This document shows, in pieces, positions 43,615 through 58,464 of a stretch of 64,000 nucleotides of DNA. The notes beneath the pieces were generated by a model. It saw only the letters and a program-made list of their open reading frames with translations. It made no database searches and had not been told where the DNA came from. This DNA is from Eledone cirrhosa. Taxonomy: Eukaryota. The stretch covers positions 36,456,001 to 36,520,000 of the forward strand of contig OZ024745.1 of the NCBI GenBank assembly GCA_964016885.1, in the 5' to 3' direction. Position 1 is the first letter of the stretch; each line of letters starts with the position of its first letter. The position numbers were made by a program, and so were the translations under genes.

Positions 43615-43653
<39 letters not shown>

Positions 43654-43697
43654 CAAAATATTAATAAATGAAGACGTTCACATAATCAAAATATATG

Positions 43698-43759
43698 TTT
43701 TATTATATATATTTCGGAGGTACTGTGCTGTTTTTTCAGTACGTCCTCATCAGATAAAA
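43698..43759 (-). ncRNA. Type I hammerhead
   Basis: UUUUAU CUGAUGA GGAC GUACUG..CAGUAC CUCC GAA AUAUAUAU A AUAAAA. Lies inside a ~150 bp insert between (TA)n tracts. Confidence 0.8.
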
Positions 43760-43821
43760 TACATTCATTGAGTAATCAATGAACCATATTAATCTTTGGT
43801 TATATATATACATATGTATAT

Positions 43822-44012
43822 CAGATAGGGTGTGGTCAAAACCAACTTGACCATAATCGACAAGAGTATTCGATACTTGGAGTTGTAGAGTGGGTAATAT
43901 GAAAAGATTCAGGACCCCAACGGCTGAGCTACGGCCGTTTCTACAGCTGGATCCGAACCGTTCGGTTCTAGCTGTCGAAACGGCCGGAGCTCAGCCGTGG
44001 GGGGTCCTGAAT

Positions 44013-44014
<2 letters not shown>
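43822..44014 (-). mobile_element. Diverged family A-like pLTR end with inversion
   Basis: GAAACGGCC..GAGCTCAGCCGT.GGGGT on both strands. Junction at ~43955. Confidence 0.7.
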
Positions 44015-44053
<39 letters not shown>

Positions 44054-44084
44054 TATAATTGAATTGCATCAATATTTACCGTTA

Positions 44085-44124
<40 letters not shown>

Positions 44125-45281
44125 ATAATAATAAATTTGAAGACTTAAATCCAAAGACCGCTCAATAAGGTGAAAGCACCGATTCTTTGCTTAAACTTTA
44201 ATCTGTTATTTTAATAAATATATATCCAAGAACCCTTTCATTAAAACCATAATAACAAGAAAACTCAATCAACACCCAAACAACACCCAACAACCAACAC
44301 AACAAAAAAACAATACCTCCCCACATACCAACAAAAGAAGGCATCACCTCGCCCCTGCCTCCTACATCCTCCACACAACTACTACACGGACTCCCAAGCA
44401 ACAAATATAGTAATAGAGAAACATCACCTACAAGATAGACACTACAACTTCTCTCCTACCAGGAGAAACCATAAAACCCCCCACACTTACAACCCCCCCC
44501 CCTAACATCCCCACACAACAAACCCACAACCATCATTACTTCCAACATAGAACCCAAAGTACACAACTACCACACATGTCACACAGGGCCTCACAACCAC
44601 ACACCAGCTATAAGGAAACCCTAATCTACCCTCCCCCACTAAACACACCCTACTACAACAACACCAGCAGAGGCAATACAACCATACGAGACACCCTAAT
44701 CACTACAACCACCATAGCTACACACCATATAACAGCATCAACAGGATTCAATATGAACACACAAGACAACTCTACTACAACTACCACCAAGTCTACACAC
44801 GCTAAAACAACAGCGGTGCTCAACACAACCACACGATACAACCCAGCTTCAACAACCATGACAACTTCACACCCTATAACCACGTCCATCAAATCTACAC
44901 ACCCTACAACAACATCAGCAGGGCTCAATACAACCACACGATACAACCTAACCTCAACAATCACCATAGCTACACACCATCTTACAAAAACAGCAGGAAC
45001 CAATACAACTATAAGAGACATCCAAACTTCAACAGCCATCAAAACTTCCGAAATCATTTTTTAGACACAGCACACAGACACAGGATTACATATATAAATA
45101 GATAAATAAATGCCATTGTTAAATAATAAATAAATCAACTAATACCTCAACACTTCACACAAAGTAAAACATTTCGTATTAATCACATTTTCTAACCCAG
45201 AAAAAAAGAGAGAGAGAAACAAAAAAATAAAAAAGGAAAAAAGTATATTTTTCTTCGTAATAATCGTCTCTTTCTCCCTGT

Positions 45282-45616
<335 letters not shown>

Positions 45617-45621
<5 letters not shown>

Positions 45622-46177
45622 TCAGGTTTGAGGTTCACCACTGTATAGAGCTGGTCTATTCCGTATGGTCAATCGTAATGCAATAATATAGAGAGTACTC
45701 AACGTAAAGCAGTTCAACCGTCTTTGTTTTTGTAGTTGGTGGTGCTATTACGGAGTTAAATATTATAATGAAATGACAGGAGGCTGGATTTGTGTAAATC
45801 CTTGAAAGGTTTATTATACTATGATCATTTCAATGACCGGGTTCCGTATGAATCCGGTGATATCATCAGGTATTCGAAATATAATACGTGAATGTAATAG
45901 GTAAAATCCATGGGGCTGAAAATCGAGACCCGAGGGCGACCGCTATTCTGTTCCTTCAACCTCAGCCGGGCGACCGGCTGAGGTTGAAGGAACAGAATAG
46001 CGGTCGCCCTCGGGTCTCGATTTTCAGCCCCATGGATTTTACCTATTACATTCACGTATTATATTTCGAATACCTGATGATATCACCGGATTCATACGGA
46101 ACCCGGTCATTGAAATGATCATAGTATAATAAACCTTTCAAGGATTTACACAAATCCAGCCTCCTGTCATTTCATTA

Positions 46178-46184
<7 letters not shown>
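45617..46184 (-). mobile_element. Family F fold-back element (211 bp arms, GCGA spacer)
   Basis: Arms 45759-45969 and 45974-46184. Unique tail 45617-45758. Confidence 0.9.
46070..46127 (+). ncRNA. Type I hammerhead (mirror copy at 45816-45873, minus)
   Basis: AUAC CUGAUGA ..ACCGG..CCGGU.. GAA AUGAUCAU A GUAU, followed by AATAAA. Confidence 0.82.
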
Positions 46185-46268
<84 letters not shown>

Positions 46269-46273
46269 ATATA

Positions 46274-46460
46274 GGAAAAAGTATGACCCCGACGGCAGAG
46301 CTCAAGCCGTTTCGACGGCTATTTCTGTCCAGAAATAGCCGTCGAAACGGCTTGAGCTCTGCCATCGGGGTCATACTTTTTCCTATTTCCCACTCTACTA
46401 CCCTAATTTGAGTACTCTGGTGCGTTACGGTCCATCTGGTTCCATACCACAATTTCTTTG

Positions 46461-46463
<3 letters not shown>
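46274..46463 (+). mobile_element. Family A-like solo pLTR 3' end with 5' inversion
   Basis: Same layout and junction position as 33889-34081. Confidence 0.8.
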
Positions 46464-46510
<47 letters not shown>

Positions 46511-46850
46511 TTACGGTAAATATTGATGCAATTCAATTCAAGAATTCAAGCGCTCAACGTACTTTTTCCACATAGGAATGACGGAGTATATTTAGAATAA
46601 GAAAATGCGAAGTAGTTTCAGATGTTCATGTCCTTTATTGATTTCGATGACGAGAGTGGCCACGCGATTCCACCAACCAAGTGCCATGACCTCATCGAGA
46701 ACGTAACATTATTATGAAAGAAGCTGTCTGGTGAGATCATGACACTGGGTACACGGAATCGCGTGGCCACTGTCGACATTGAAATATGTATCACAGCCTT
46801 ATCAATAAAGGACTTTAACATCTGAAACTACTTTGTATTCTCTTACTCTC
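46511..46850. mobile_element. Family G imperfect fold-back element with HHR-like motif at 46723-46797 (+)
   Basis: GCUGU CUGGUGA .. GAA AUAUGUAU C ACAGC. Fragments of the same family at 44057-44082 and 46900-46952. Confidence 0.6.
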
Positions 46851-47010
46851 TCTCTCTATATATATATATATATACATACATATATATATATATAATAAAA
46901 AAATTGCAAAGTAGTTTCAGATGTTAATAAAGTCTTTTATTGATAATGCTGTATATACATACATACATATATATGTGTGTGTAGTTGTGTGTGTGTGGGT
47001 GTGTGTGGGG

Positions 47011-47140
<130 letters not shown>

Positions 47141-48263
47141 ATACGTTTATGAATTTTTGTTTTTTGCTGTGAAACCCTGTGTTGAAACAGGTACTGTTAT
47201 ATGTGATAATAGTCATGTTTTCTATTTTGCCAATATAAACACATGCACCTTTATTATTATTAGTTAGTACGTCCAGGCTCTTTCGTCTCACATTCTTTGA
47301 CCTCATCAATGACTATATGTTCTTATCCGTGTCTCCTCTTCTTCCTTGTCTTATTTTGATTGTACCAACTTGTCTTTCTGCAGTATGTTTTCACCCCCTT
47401 TTCTCTCCCTTTGTCACTCAACGTTATTAAAGCTGTATATCAGATTAAAATTGTAATTTTCTTAGGTAGTTTATCACTGAAATAGTTATCAGTGAGTAAT
47501 TTTCTTCACATATCTCAGACTTTTACAAATCAACATTAGAAAATATAGCCATATTTTATACGTGATAGTGTTTTTATTATTCCTTATTTGCAGGCGCGTT
47601 TTCTACATAAATGAATTGTTGAAATCATCGTTGATACAAGTTAGAATTTTACAGTTCAATTTATTTTTGGTTACCCTCGAAAATAATGGTAGCATAATTA
47701 GATATGAAACTCATTCTATAAGGGTGTCAGTTGTTTTCTAATTTTTTCACAAGACAAGTAATTTGGAGCGATGGGTAATTGAATTAATTTGATTTCTGTA
47801 TCTAACTGATACTGTACATTATCAAAACCTGGAAGAATGGAATGCAACGGTGGGGTTTGAACTCAGAACGAAAATAACCGAAAATAATCACATACATCAT
47901 TTTCTCCGTTAGCCTAATGATTCTGCCAATAATTAGGATGAGCATTCTTCGTCAATCGACTTGTGACAAATAGTAGCTACATCCCATTCAAGTTTGTATT
48001 GCTAGACACGATATATCTAAATAACATAAAATTAATTGGTTATTAAAATTCAAGGCAGTAATTATTTTACAGTGTTATCTTTTATCATTTCAAATCTGAC
48101 TGTGTGTATTAGAATGATGTAAATAAAACTCATCGTATAACAACTGTAGTATATGTATATTATTAGTAATGCGTGCGTAATACCATATATGTGTGTGTGT
48201 GTATGTGTGTATGTGTGTGTGTGTGTGTGTGTGTGCTTATAAATAGAGAGAGATAGAGATAGA

Positions 48264-48316
<53 letters not shown>

Positions 48317-49235
48317 AGAGAGAGAAAGAGAGAGACAGGAAGAGAGAGAAAATTAAATAGACGAAAGTCCATGTGCAGTTGATTTAGGTTTGATTTTTAT
48401 CTCCTTGATACATATTTCGCCGATGACTACGGCTAGTTATTTCTCATCCTACCACTTACAATAGCATGAGTTCGTCAGACGGTATAAAGTAAAAAATTTA
48501 AAACACTTTCGGACGACTTGAAACATTTTTTAATATTTAATAAATTTAAAAAAATATATATTTTCATTTCGTGATACAGAAGACGGTGTTGAGGTTGTTT
48601 CTATACTAGCCAGCCCCTGTATATATGTATTGTGTGTGTGTCTGTGTGTGATGTGTCTCTGTGTGTGTGTGCTGTGTGTGTGTGATGTGTGTGTGCTGTG
48701 TGTGTGTGTGTACATGGGTTTATCTGAATTCAAGTATGCATTTACTATTTTCTACATCAGAATTTATATAGCGAATAAGAGTAACAATAGGAAATACATA
48801 TTTATATGCGTAAGCCTATTTATCACACCATTGTACCTATATAGCAAATATCAACACAATCTTAACTGATTGGTGACGAAAGGTTACAAACTTTTGGTGT
48901 AATTTCAAGGCTATATAGTTCATAATGGATCAAATAGAGTGATATGCGGTCGTTTATACAAACGGATCACTATTGACAAAATATGTAGGATTTTTCTTTC
49001 AAGTATTTATAGACATTCAATCATTTTATATCAATGATGTATTTAAAAAATATATTCATTCTTTATGATGCATTCTTTATGATGCATTCTTTATGATCGT
49101 TTTAGTTTCTTCAGCATGTTTAGTGTAGATCTTTTCATTCGAACAAAAGCCGGAAAAATATTTAGCTTCAAGATAGCGCTTTGTTGATGTGAATGTATAT
49201 TGCATTCAGGCATTTAAAACACTTCAGCTCCTCTG

Positions 49236-49290
<55 letters not shown>

Positions 49291-49966
49291 TTTTGAAAGA
49301 ACAACTAGAAGCATAAGGAGGTGAAATGCACGCACAGTTACATATCCACATATACACATAATTATGTATATATATATAGATATGTGTGTGTGTGTGTGTG
49401 TGTGTGTACATATACATGTATGTATGCATGTAGATATAAATATATATATATATATATGAAAGAAAAACACAATATTCTGAAAAGAAATGCATAAATACGC
49501 AAGCATATGGGCCTGAGTGTATACACGCACTTATGATACACGCGCATGCGTGTTTGTGCATGTGTGTACTAGAATTTGCATGAGTTATATTTTCGCATGT
49601 CGACTCACTTAGTGTCGATGCTTATCGATGTATTTTAAGAGCAAAAACAATGACGATTATACAATTCCTACAATATTCCATGCATATATATATATAAATA
49701 TAGGTACATTACATCTATACATACACACATATATATAAATATATATGTATATGTATATATATGTATATATATATATATATATATGTGTGTGTGGGTGTGT
49801 GTGTGTCTGTGTCGTGTTTGTACAAAAGGAAGCACATGAACAGGCAGAGTATATATTTTAGAAACAAAACGAGGAAGTTTCGTTTACCCACTGCCTGTGC
49901 ATGGAGTGTTTGCTTTGGTACCAATACCAGTAATTCACTGAACCACCTACACTATATATTTATATA

Positions 49967-50028
<62 letters not shown>

Positions 50029-50046
50029 TATATAGATAGATAGATA

Positions 50047-50430
50047 TATTTCTTTATTAGCCACAGGGGCACAAAAGAAGGGGACAAATACAAAGGGGGA
50101 AGTTTACATACAATAAAAACGTGTAAAATGTTATCACAGATGGAATTTAAAAGTTAGTCGATTTTCCCCAATAGAGGGAGACAGTTTATATGGGTAACAC
50201 AGACCCCCGAAAAAAATGTGCAACCCTCATCTCCAGGAGTACGAAGAGCTTGTACTCCTTTCCTCTCCTCCTCCTTTTCCTCAACCTACAGGCTGATATA
50301 GAGAGAAGGCCCATTCACTCGGGCCATTCTCGCCACTTTCACCCACCTTTCATAAAACTTGCTGGGGTACAGCACCTCTCTCTCCATCCTGATTCTTCTT
50401 CCAAAGTGGTATTTGAAAAAAAGAATCAGA
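50047..50430 (-). mobile_element. Probable L1/Tx1-type LINE 3' end
   Basis: The minus frame FFKYHFGRRIRMERE..FYERWVKVARM resembles Tx1/L1 ORF2 C-termini (from recall). 3' UTR ends AATAAAGAAA in a microsatellite. Confidence 0.5.
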
Positions 50431-50449
50431 TATATAGATATATAGATAT

Positions 50450-50480
<31 letters not shown>

Positions 50481-50588
50481 CTGTTGTATATTCACGTATA
50501 CACACACGCATATATATATATATATATGTACATACATGCACACACATATAAAATTACTTGCGCTGCGCGCAGCAACCACATATACACA

Positions 50589-50706
<118 letters not shown>

Positions 50707-51256
50707 CGTGTGTGTGTATGTGTGTGTGTAATCAGCTTCGTTTGTAATCATGACTCTGTATGTATCTTTTATGTATATTTGAAATCCGTAACATTCAGAA
50801 ACGGCATATAGCCAAATGGTGATCTTTGACCAACCACTTTGTATATTCCATAACCTCAGCTACCTTATCGTTACATGGGACTATGTCTTGGTATATGTTT
50901 CTACATAAGCATGTATACGTGTTTCTCATTAAATTGATACGTACAAATATCTGTGCACGTACGCAGTCACACATACATACAAACATACACGAACACACAC
51001 GTACAGATACACTCACAAACACACGCATCAACACACACACTCGCACAAACACGCATACATGTGCGTGTGTCTGTATACAAATGTATGCAGAGAGAGAGAG
51101 AGACAAAGATAACATCGTTAGACAGACAGGTACGAAGGGACGGAGTTGGCAGAGAGTTAGACATGTACCAAAATATATTATTCACATATCCTTCGTTTTT
51201 TCGACCGATGCAGGTATGATTATTTACCATTGGCTGTGTGTATGGCTCGGTGTATA

Positions 51257-51733
51257 ATTACTGGTGTACCCAGTACATTACTGGTACTTTATTTTATCGA
51301 CCCCGTAAGGATGAAAGGCAAAGTTAACCTCGAAAGGATTTGAACTCAGACCATAAAGGGACGCAACTAAGCTAGAAAGCATGGCGTCCAACCCTCTACC
51401 GATACTACCAATAAGATAATTGTTTCTACTTTTGGCACAAGGCCAGCAATTAACCAGTGCATTACTGGTACTTTATTTTATCGACCCCGTAAGGATGAAA
51501 GGCAAAGTCAACCTCGGCGGGATTTAAACTCAGATCGTAAAGGGACGTAACTATGCTGGAAAGCATGGCGTCCGACTTTCTACCGATACTGCCAATCCAC
51601 CGCCCTTCCAATAAGATAATTGTTTCTACTTTAGGCACAAGGCCAGCAATTACCTAGTGCATTACTGGTACTTTATTTTATCGACCCCGTAAGGATGAAA
51701 GGCAAAGTTAACCTGGGCGTCCAATAAGATAAT
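51257..51733 (-). mobile_element. Three tandem SINE copies
   Basis: Copies at ~51257-51412, 51421-51604 (full length) and 51621-51720 (deleted). Each is followed by CCAATAAGATAAT. Confidence 0.85.
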
Positions 51734-53184
51734 GAACTCTGATAAGAACTTATAAGAGTTAGTTAGTGATGTTCAACCTGCCGACGGATTAAGATTACCG
51801 CCAAAGTCACGTGTCTATGGCTGTGTGTACTCGTAAGTTATAACTGTTTGTAAATGTTGTGTGTGTATATATATATATATTATGTGTGGATATATGTATA
51901 TTATTCTTTGTATATATATGGATGTGTGAGTGTATTGTGCGTCCAGTTGAGTGTGTAAAGTTGTTTACATAGTTGTATTCTTGTGTATTCTCTGTGTAAA
52001 CGTTGTGCGTTATTAACTGTGTGTGTATAACTGGTTGTGTATAACTGAGTCTATTTAAGTGTATACTCTTGTGTGTGTTTTGTTGTGTTATATGGCTAAG
52101 TGTATATTGTTATGTGAACGGTTGTGTGTGGTTTGCTGTGTATGGTTGTGTGTATAACAGCTGTAAGTGTATTGGTTGTATTTGTATTAATGTGTACGGT
52201 TTAGTGTGTAAATGCAATGAATGCATTTGGCGACTGCGTGCTTATTGGTGTGTGTATATATGACTCTATTGAGTGTATGGATTATGTTTGTATGGCTAGT
52301 TTTATTTGTTGTTTATTTTTATTTTTTATTTTGTTATTATTTTGTTGATTTTGGGGGGTTTTTTGGCGTTTTTTTGCTATCCTATTTCATGTGATCAAGT
52401 TTGATAAATATTGATTGCCAATGAGTGTTTGTATCTTCTAGTGTTGCTACTGGATCTTCTATTCCTTAAAAAATGCTTTCTGAACCATATACGGACATTA
52501 ATCTTCATGTAATTGTTTATTTTCTATCGACGTTATTGCGTGATTACTACAATGCATGTGACTGCATCTACGTCTTTGTGTCCTTGTGCGTTCATGTATT
52601 AATTTATCAATATATACTTCATTCATATTTACTCTTATGCATGTGTGATTGCGTGAACGTTTCTGTACAAGTATATATATACGATATATTTGAGTGTAGG
52701 TTTACACAGTTATGTGTGTATATTTGTACATCTTTTTTATGTATATACATATATTTCTGTATTTAGGCATGTGTTTATGTATATCATAACGTAGATACAA
52801 ATATTACGTAGATATCTGTATATTTTTTACCTATAAACATATACATGTGTAATGATGTTTACATTTGTATATATATATATATATATATATTTACATAGAT
52901 ACACATAAATGTGTGTATCTACGTACGTACACACACACATCTGCTCATGTACATGCTTACGGGCATAAATATGTGATGTATTTGCGTATTTGTTTATGCA
53001 TATGTTTGCATACGCGTGAATTATGTTCGGATATATGTATATGTTTTCATCGATATAGATATGTGTGATTTTATGTGCGCTTTTATGTAAATATCATCAT
53101 AAAAACATATATATGTATAGTTACGTACGCTATGGGCTTACAAATGTGTAGGAAAATGTAAATAATGTTTTTGAAATCCTTGTG

Positions 53185-53218
<34 letters not shown>

Positions 53219-53310
53219 CGCACGCATATGCATTACATACACACACACATACACACAATCACACACACACACACATACACACAATCACACACACACACAC
53301 ATACACACAA

Positions 53311-53346
<36 letters not shown>

Positions 53347-54996
53347 GTGTGTGTGTGTGTGTCTGTAACGCCCACATAAGTAGATGTATACGTGGGTGAA
53401 TAAGCATGTATTAACTTGTATAATGAATAATTTATATATATATAATTTTGCTTGAAATATCCAGCTTTTTGTCTTTGAATATAAGTTATGTTACATATAG
53501 CAGTAGATTCTGTATCTGCAAAGGTTGCAATTATGTTATCTCAATCTATAGATTAGTAATAGTAGCCAAATTTATCTCAAATCAGACACTATTCTGTTAA
53601 AAACATGCAAGATACTTTGGATGACATATGAAAACTAAATGAGAGATTTACATATTAAGTGTTGTAATGTTCCAGTTACCAATTGTCAAGGTTTGCTCCC
53701 TTCCGGACCTACTCTAGTATTTCGGGATATGTAAATTTGCACTTCTATCGCACGCCTACCAGGACAAGTTGAAGAAGGTTAATCGCCAGTTCTTTCAGTG
53801 TTTAGCAGTAACTGCAATTTATTTTTTGAACAAGCCCTTCTTCCTAAGGCCTGAGCACGTACCTCGTTATTCCACGTTTACTGTTTCTGCCCATATTGTA
53901 GTGTTTTTAGTAGTCTTATTCGCTGAATTAATTGAATCAATTCCAGGAACAGGAGCAGTAATGCGTTAGCTTCAGCATTGGACCATCAAAAGAAGTGTCG
54001 TCGGTGTAAAAGCCAAATTCACTGCCATCAGTTTGGTATTCGTGCCAACCATTATCTAATGTCATGTATCTCTAGTAATAACCGAAAGAATACGATCGCG
54101 AATACAAGCGGCCAAAATGGGGGTTCTCCGATGTGTCTTTGGAGTAACGTTAATCGATAGAGAGCATAACTCAGAGACGTCTTCAGGACGCATATCTTGA
54201 GATATTGTTTTGTAGAAGACAAGCAACTGCCCATAAACGCAAGTTTCTTTTCCTCCTACCACCAATGGTGTCCAAAGGAAGGGCAGAGGAAGATAAGCAA
54301 GACAAAAGTGAGGTTGCAGAATAAATGAGAACAGAAAAGGGTGAGGGAAATACATCATATCCTTTACGCTAAAATGTTCACCAAACTACCACCATGCATT
54401 GGTACTTTATTTATCGACCCAGAAATTAGGTCGGGTAAATTTCACATGTATACCATCTTAGAAAAGTAAGAATAACATATTTTCAGCACACACCAATACA
54501 GACTCAATATTAGTGTCTTGCACAGAGAAAAACAACAATCTGATGTGGGGTATTTCCCTAGCTGGTTTATACTAGCTAAACTGGTGGGAATATACTTGAG
54601 CCACCGTAGGTAATATCAAGAATTTTTTTCATATATGCTCTAACTAAAATGTTATGATTTTCATAGAACATTGGGATTGTTTTTCATGTAAGCTGATGCC
54701 ATATCTATAATAGATTCATCGATAATCATTATTTTTCTTAAAGATAATATATTTATTTTAATGTAATAACATTTTATTGTGAAAATTAATATTCATTTTC
54801 TAATTTCGCATAGGCACCAGAAAATTGTAGGATGTTACAAAACAATGCTGTAGGCATATAGAAAAATAACTAGGCGAACAGAATATGGAGTAGATGAACG
54901 AACGAGATTATTTATCGACTGGTAAAAAAACAAAGTAAATATTAAATTAGGAAATGGGCATTACGACCGAGAAAACATAGTACGAGGTACAATGAT

Positions 54997-55064
<68 letters not shown>

Positions 55065-55180
55065 CACACACATATATAGGTATATAGATATATATAAAAG
55101 GTAAACAGAAATAACAACACAATCGGTACAGTATATGGAAGGGATATATTAGGTTAACGCTTGATATAGCAGGAAGAGGG

Positions 55181-55216
55181 TCTTAACGTTTCGGACGCTA
55201 GTCTTTCATCAGAAGA
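55181..55216 (-). ncRNA. Minimal type I hammerhead in a PLE-type pLTR remnant
   Basis: UCUU CUGAUGA AAGAC UAGC GUCC GAA ACGU U AAGA. Confidence 0.72.
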
Positions 55217-55540
55217 AAGAATGAGAAATAAGATAGATTGAGTGGACGAGCGGGTTGGAAATGGAAAAAATGTCTTTAGATAAAAATAACAGGTCCATTC
55301 ATGTTGACATCTCTTCAAAACTATATATATATATAGTGTAAAGAGCTAGTGCCTGACGGCAAATGGCTTACCGGTGGAACGGCGTGAGCTCAGCTATTGG
55401 GAACTATAACTCTTTATAATACGCGCTCTCTACTTTCCCAAGCATTGTGTTCTTAGCTAAATATGACCATACTAGACTAAACTGGTAACTCCCAATATAT
55501 ATGTATATATATATATATGTATATATATCTATATATATAA

Positions 55541-55636
<96 letters not shown>

Positions 55637-55638
<2 letters not shown>

Positions 55639-55985
55639 TAGTAGCTAAGATGCTTCCATAGGCGGTATGCCGGTTGAGCACTCTATGCTCTTACAGAGCA
55701 GAGTATGATATAATAGAAAACGAAAAATCAGTGATGCATCTGAACTCAATTTATTGTGTGTTACAATTGTTTCACCAGCGGACAGCTCGAGACGTGATCA
55801 TTGTGTGGATCTGTCTAATTCTGGACCCGCAGGTTCGACGGACACATCTAATGATTTCGGAGCATATTCTCTCACTCTCACAGTGAGATCCACACAATGA
55901 TCACGTCGAGCTGTCCGCCGGCGAAACAATTGTAACACACAATAAATTGAGTTCAGATTCATCACTGATTTTTCGTTTTCTATTA
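55637..55985 (-). mobile_element. Family E fold-back element with HHR-like motif at 55758-55845 (CCGUCGA core)
   Basis: Arms ~55707-55812 and ~55886-55985. Motif: GUGU CCGUCGA ACC U GCGGG..UCCGC U GGU GAA ACAAUUGU A ACAC. Confidence 0.75.
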
Positions 55986-55997
55986 TATATATATATA

Positions 55998-56806
55998 TCT
56001 GTATATATATATAAAATTAAGTATGTGTGTGTGCGTGTCTGTGTATCTGTGTATTACCTGTAGGGGAGTACATCTTACGACCGATTTTCAGGAAACTTTA
56101 CAGGCTCATAGATTAGTCTTTTTTATATATTAGCGTATCTCTTTTTTATTCTGGGGTCATTCGGCAGATAAAATCGATAAGGGGTCACCTTTTTTTAGGT
56201 ATCGAAAAATAGGATTTGGGGCTCTAGCTCCCACATTTTGCCACCGATTTCGTTCAAGATTTAAAGCGACATAGAATTTATCATTGCAAATCCTGTAATG
56301 GCTTTATATTTTGCATTTGTTGTTCAGGGACAGCGTGGCAGCTGCTTAAATATTCAAAAATACCACTTTTAGACTCAAATTTCCATTAATCAACATTAAT
56401 CAACCTACTTTGTTGTTTTTTTGATCAACATTAATCAACCTACTTTGTTCAAATTTTACACTACGCTAGATCTGATTACTTCGCGTCTTAAAGTCGCTCT
56501 ACATTTTGGATATTTTGTTCAGGAACGGCGTGGCAGCCGCTTAAATATTCGAAAATACCACCTTTTCGCTCAAATTTCCGCCTTTTCGGCTCTAGCTCCC
56601 ACATTTTTCAACCGATTTCGTTCAAATTCGAAACACCCTCCCCTAGCATGCCCCTTCGTCAGTCACCCGCGTTTCTCAGTGATAAAGGTCATCACCACCG
56701 TCCCCTGCATGACATGTGTGATGAGAAGCAGTCGCTAAGATCAACACCTTTTCATCAAAGCAGATATTATTTTACCTACCCAGGCAACGCTGCGTACTGC
56801 TGTTAG
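55998..56806 (+). mobile_element. Probable non-autonomous Helitron
   Basis: 5' end TCTGTATATATATATAAAA; 3' end CCCAGGCAACGCTGCGTA..GTTAG then T. Internal duplicated blocks. Confidence 0.6.
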
Positions 56807-56837
56807 TATATATATATATTTATATATATATATATAA

Positions 56838-57726
56838 TTGGTGTTGGATGCTTAAAGCGTCCGTATTCGGTATGAGCACTCGATGCTCTCATAGAGCAGA
56901 GTATGATATCACAGAAAAAAAAGAGAATCAGTGTTGCGACGAATGGAATTTATTGGACATATTACAATCGTTTCTCTGGCGACCGGCTCGAGGCACGATC
57001 GATGTGATGATCGAACCTGACTCTGAAAGTCGTGCCTCGGGCTGGTCGCCAGGGAAACGATTGTAATATCTATATATATAAAACTGAGGATGTCTGTCTG
57101 TGTGTGTGTCTTTGAGTTTGAATCCTTAAAACTCGAAAAGTACCCAACTGATGTTTTCCAAACTTTACATGTGCATTACTTATACTTCAGGGAGTGTTAT
57201 GCACATAAACAAATTCAACTTTTCCCTAGATTACGTGAAAAACTGCGATTTTCAGCTTTTTAGGGGGTTTTGAGGCGTTACGTCAGACCGATTTACTTGA
57301 AATTGTAACTATGTATTAGTCAGTCTCTTCTTCATACCATGAGCAAAGAAAATCCAACTTGTTTATGGCATTACGTGAAAAACTTCATTTTTTCAGGTGT
57401 TTTTTTGAGGCGTTACTTCCAGCCGATTTTCCAGAAATTTCAAGGCATATTATGCACATAAAATAAAATTCATTTTCTTGATCCCCTCGGATTAGGTGAA
57501 AACCTGCATTTTTCCTGCTTCATCGAGGAAAATCTTAATGACTATCCAGCCATCAGAGTATTCGGTTTATTATCTTTACATATTGTCCAGGCATGCAGTT
57601 TTTCCACGATTAGGTCGTTGGCGGCCCGCGTTCCAAAATACTTTATCCCGTACAACGCCAGGTACCACTGCTAGTGTACAATAAATTCCATTCGTCGCAA
57701 CACTGATTCTCTTTTTTTCTGTGATA
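56838..57726 (-). mobile_element. Family E-like fold-back element interrupted by a Helitron
   Basis: The right arm is split into 57030-57068 and 57675-57726; together they mirror 56903-56998. Confidence 0.75.
57069..57674 (+). mobile_element. Non-autonomous Helitron (606 bp)
   Basis: Starts TC, ends CTAG, subterminal CCCGTACAACGCCAGG. Inserted between A and T with no TSD, as shown by the intact mirror arm. Confidence 0.88.
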
Positions 57727-57811
57727 TATATATATATAATATATATGTATATATATATAAATAAATATATATATATATATATGAATAAATATATGTATAT
57801 ATATATGTGTG

Positions 57812-57902
<91 letters not shown>

Positions 57903-57927
57903 ATGTATATATATATATATATATATA

Positions 57928-58264
57928 CAACCCTGATGGTATCCAATGATGTTGACTTGTTCTTCTTTTTGGTAAATATCATCTTGGTTAAGAGAGTGGG
58001 TCTGGCTTTGTGCAGTGCCTTTGCTCACTATAAAAGCTTCAAAGCACAGGCATTGCTTTATATCTGGAGATCTCTCTGCTCTTGTCATCACATGGTACCA
58101 TGGGCCCAGCACTATGTGTCAATAATTGTCACAAGTGTAGTGTTTGTACCAGAGTTTTCAAGTAGCTGGCTGGACTAAAAAGTTACACTCGTTCAGCGCA
58201 TCGGTAGGAGTTCTCCTACATGGATATAAAGTAGTGGCCGTACTCGAAAACGAGTTGGCAGCCA

Positions 58265-58266
<2 letters not shown>
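57928..58266 (+). mobile_element. Family D copy 3, 5'-truncated
   Basis: Matches 25570-25908. (TA)n flanks. Confidence 0.8.
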
Positions 58267-58314
<48 letters not shown>

Positions 58315-58408
58315 CTGTGTGTGTGTGTGTGTGTGTGAATATATATGCGTGTGTGTGTATATATATATGCGTGTGTGTGTGAATATATATGTGTGTGTGT
58401 GTGTGTGT

Positions 58409-58464
<56 letters not shown>

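Noticed and set aside
53769-54358. Possible ancient LINE or host exon fragments (also 59365-59562 and 61640-62560)
   Set aside because: Short frames with stops and no diagnostic motif I can verify.
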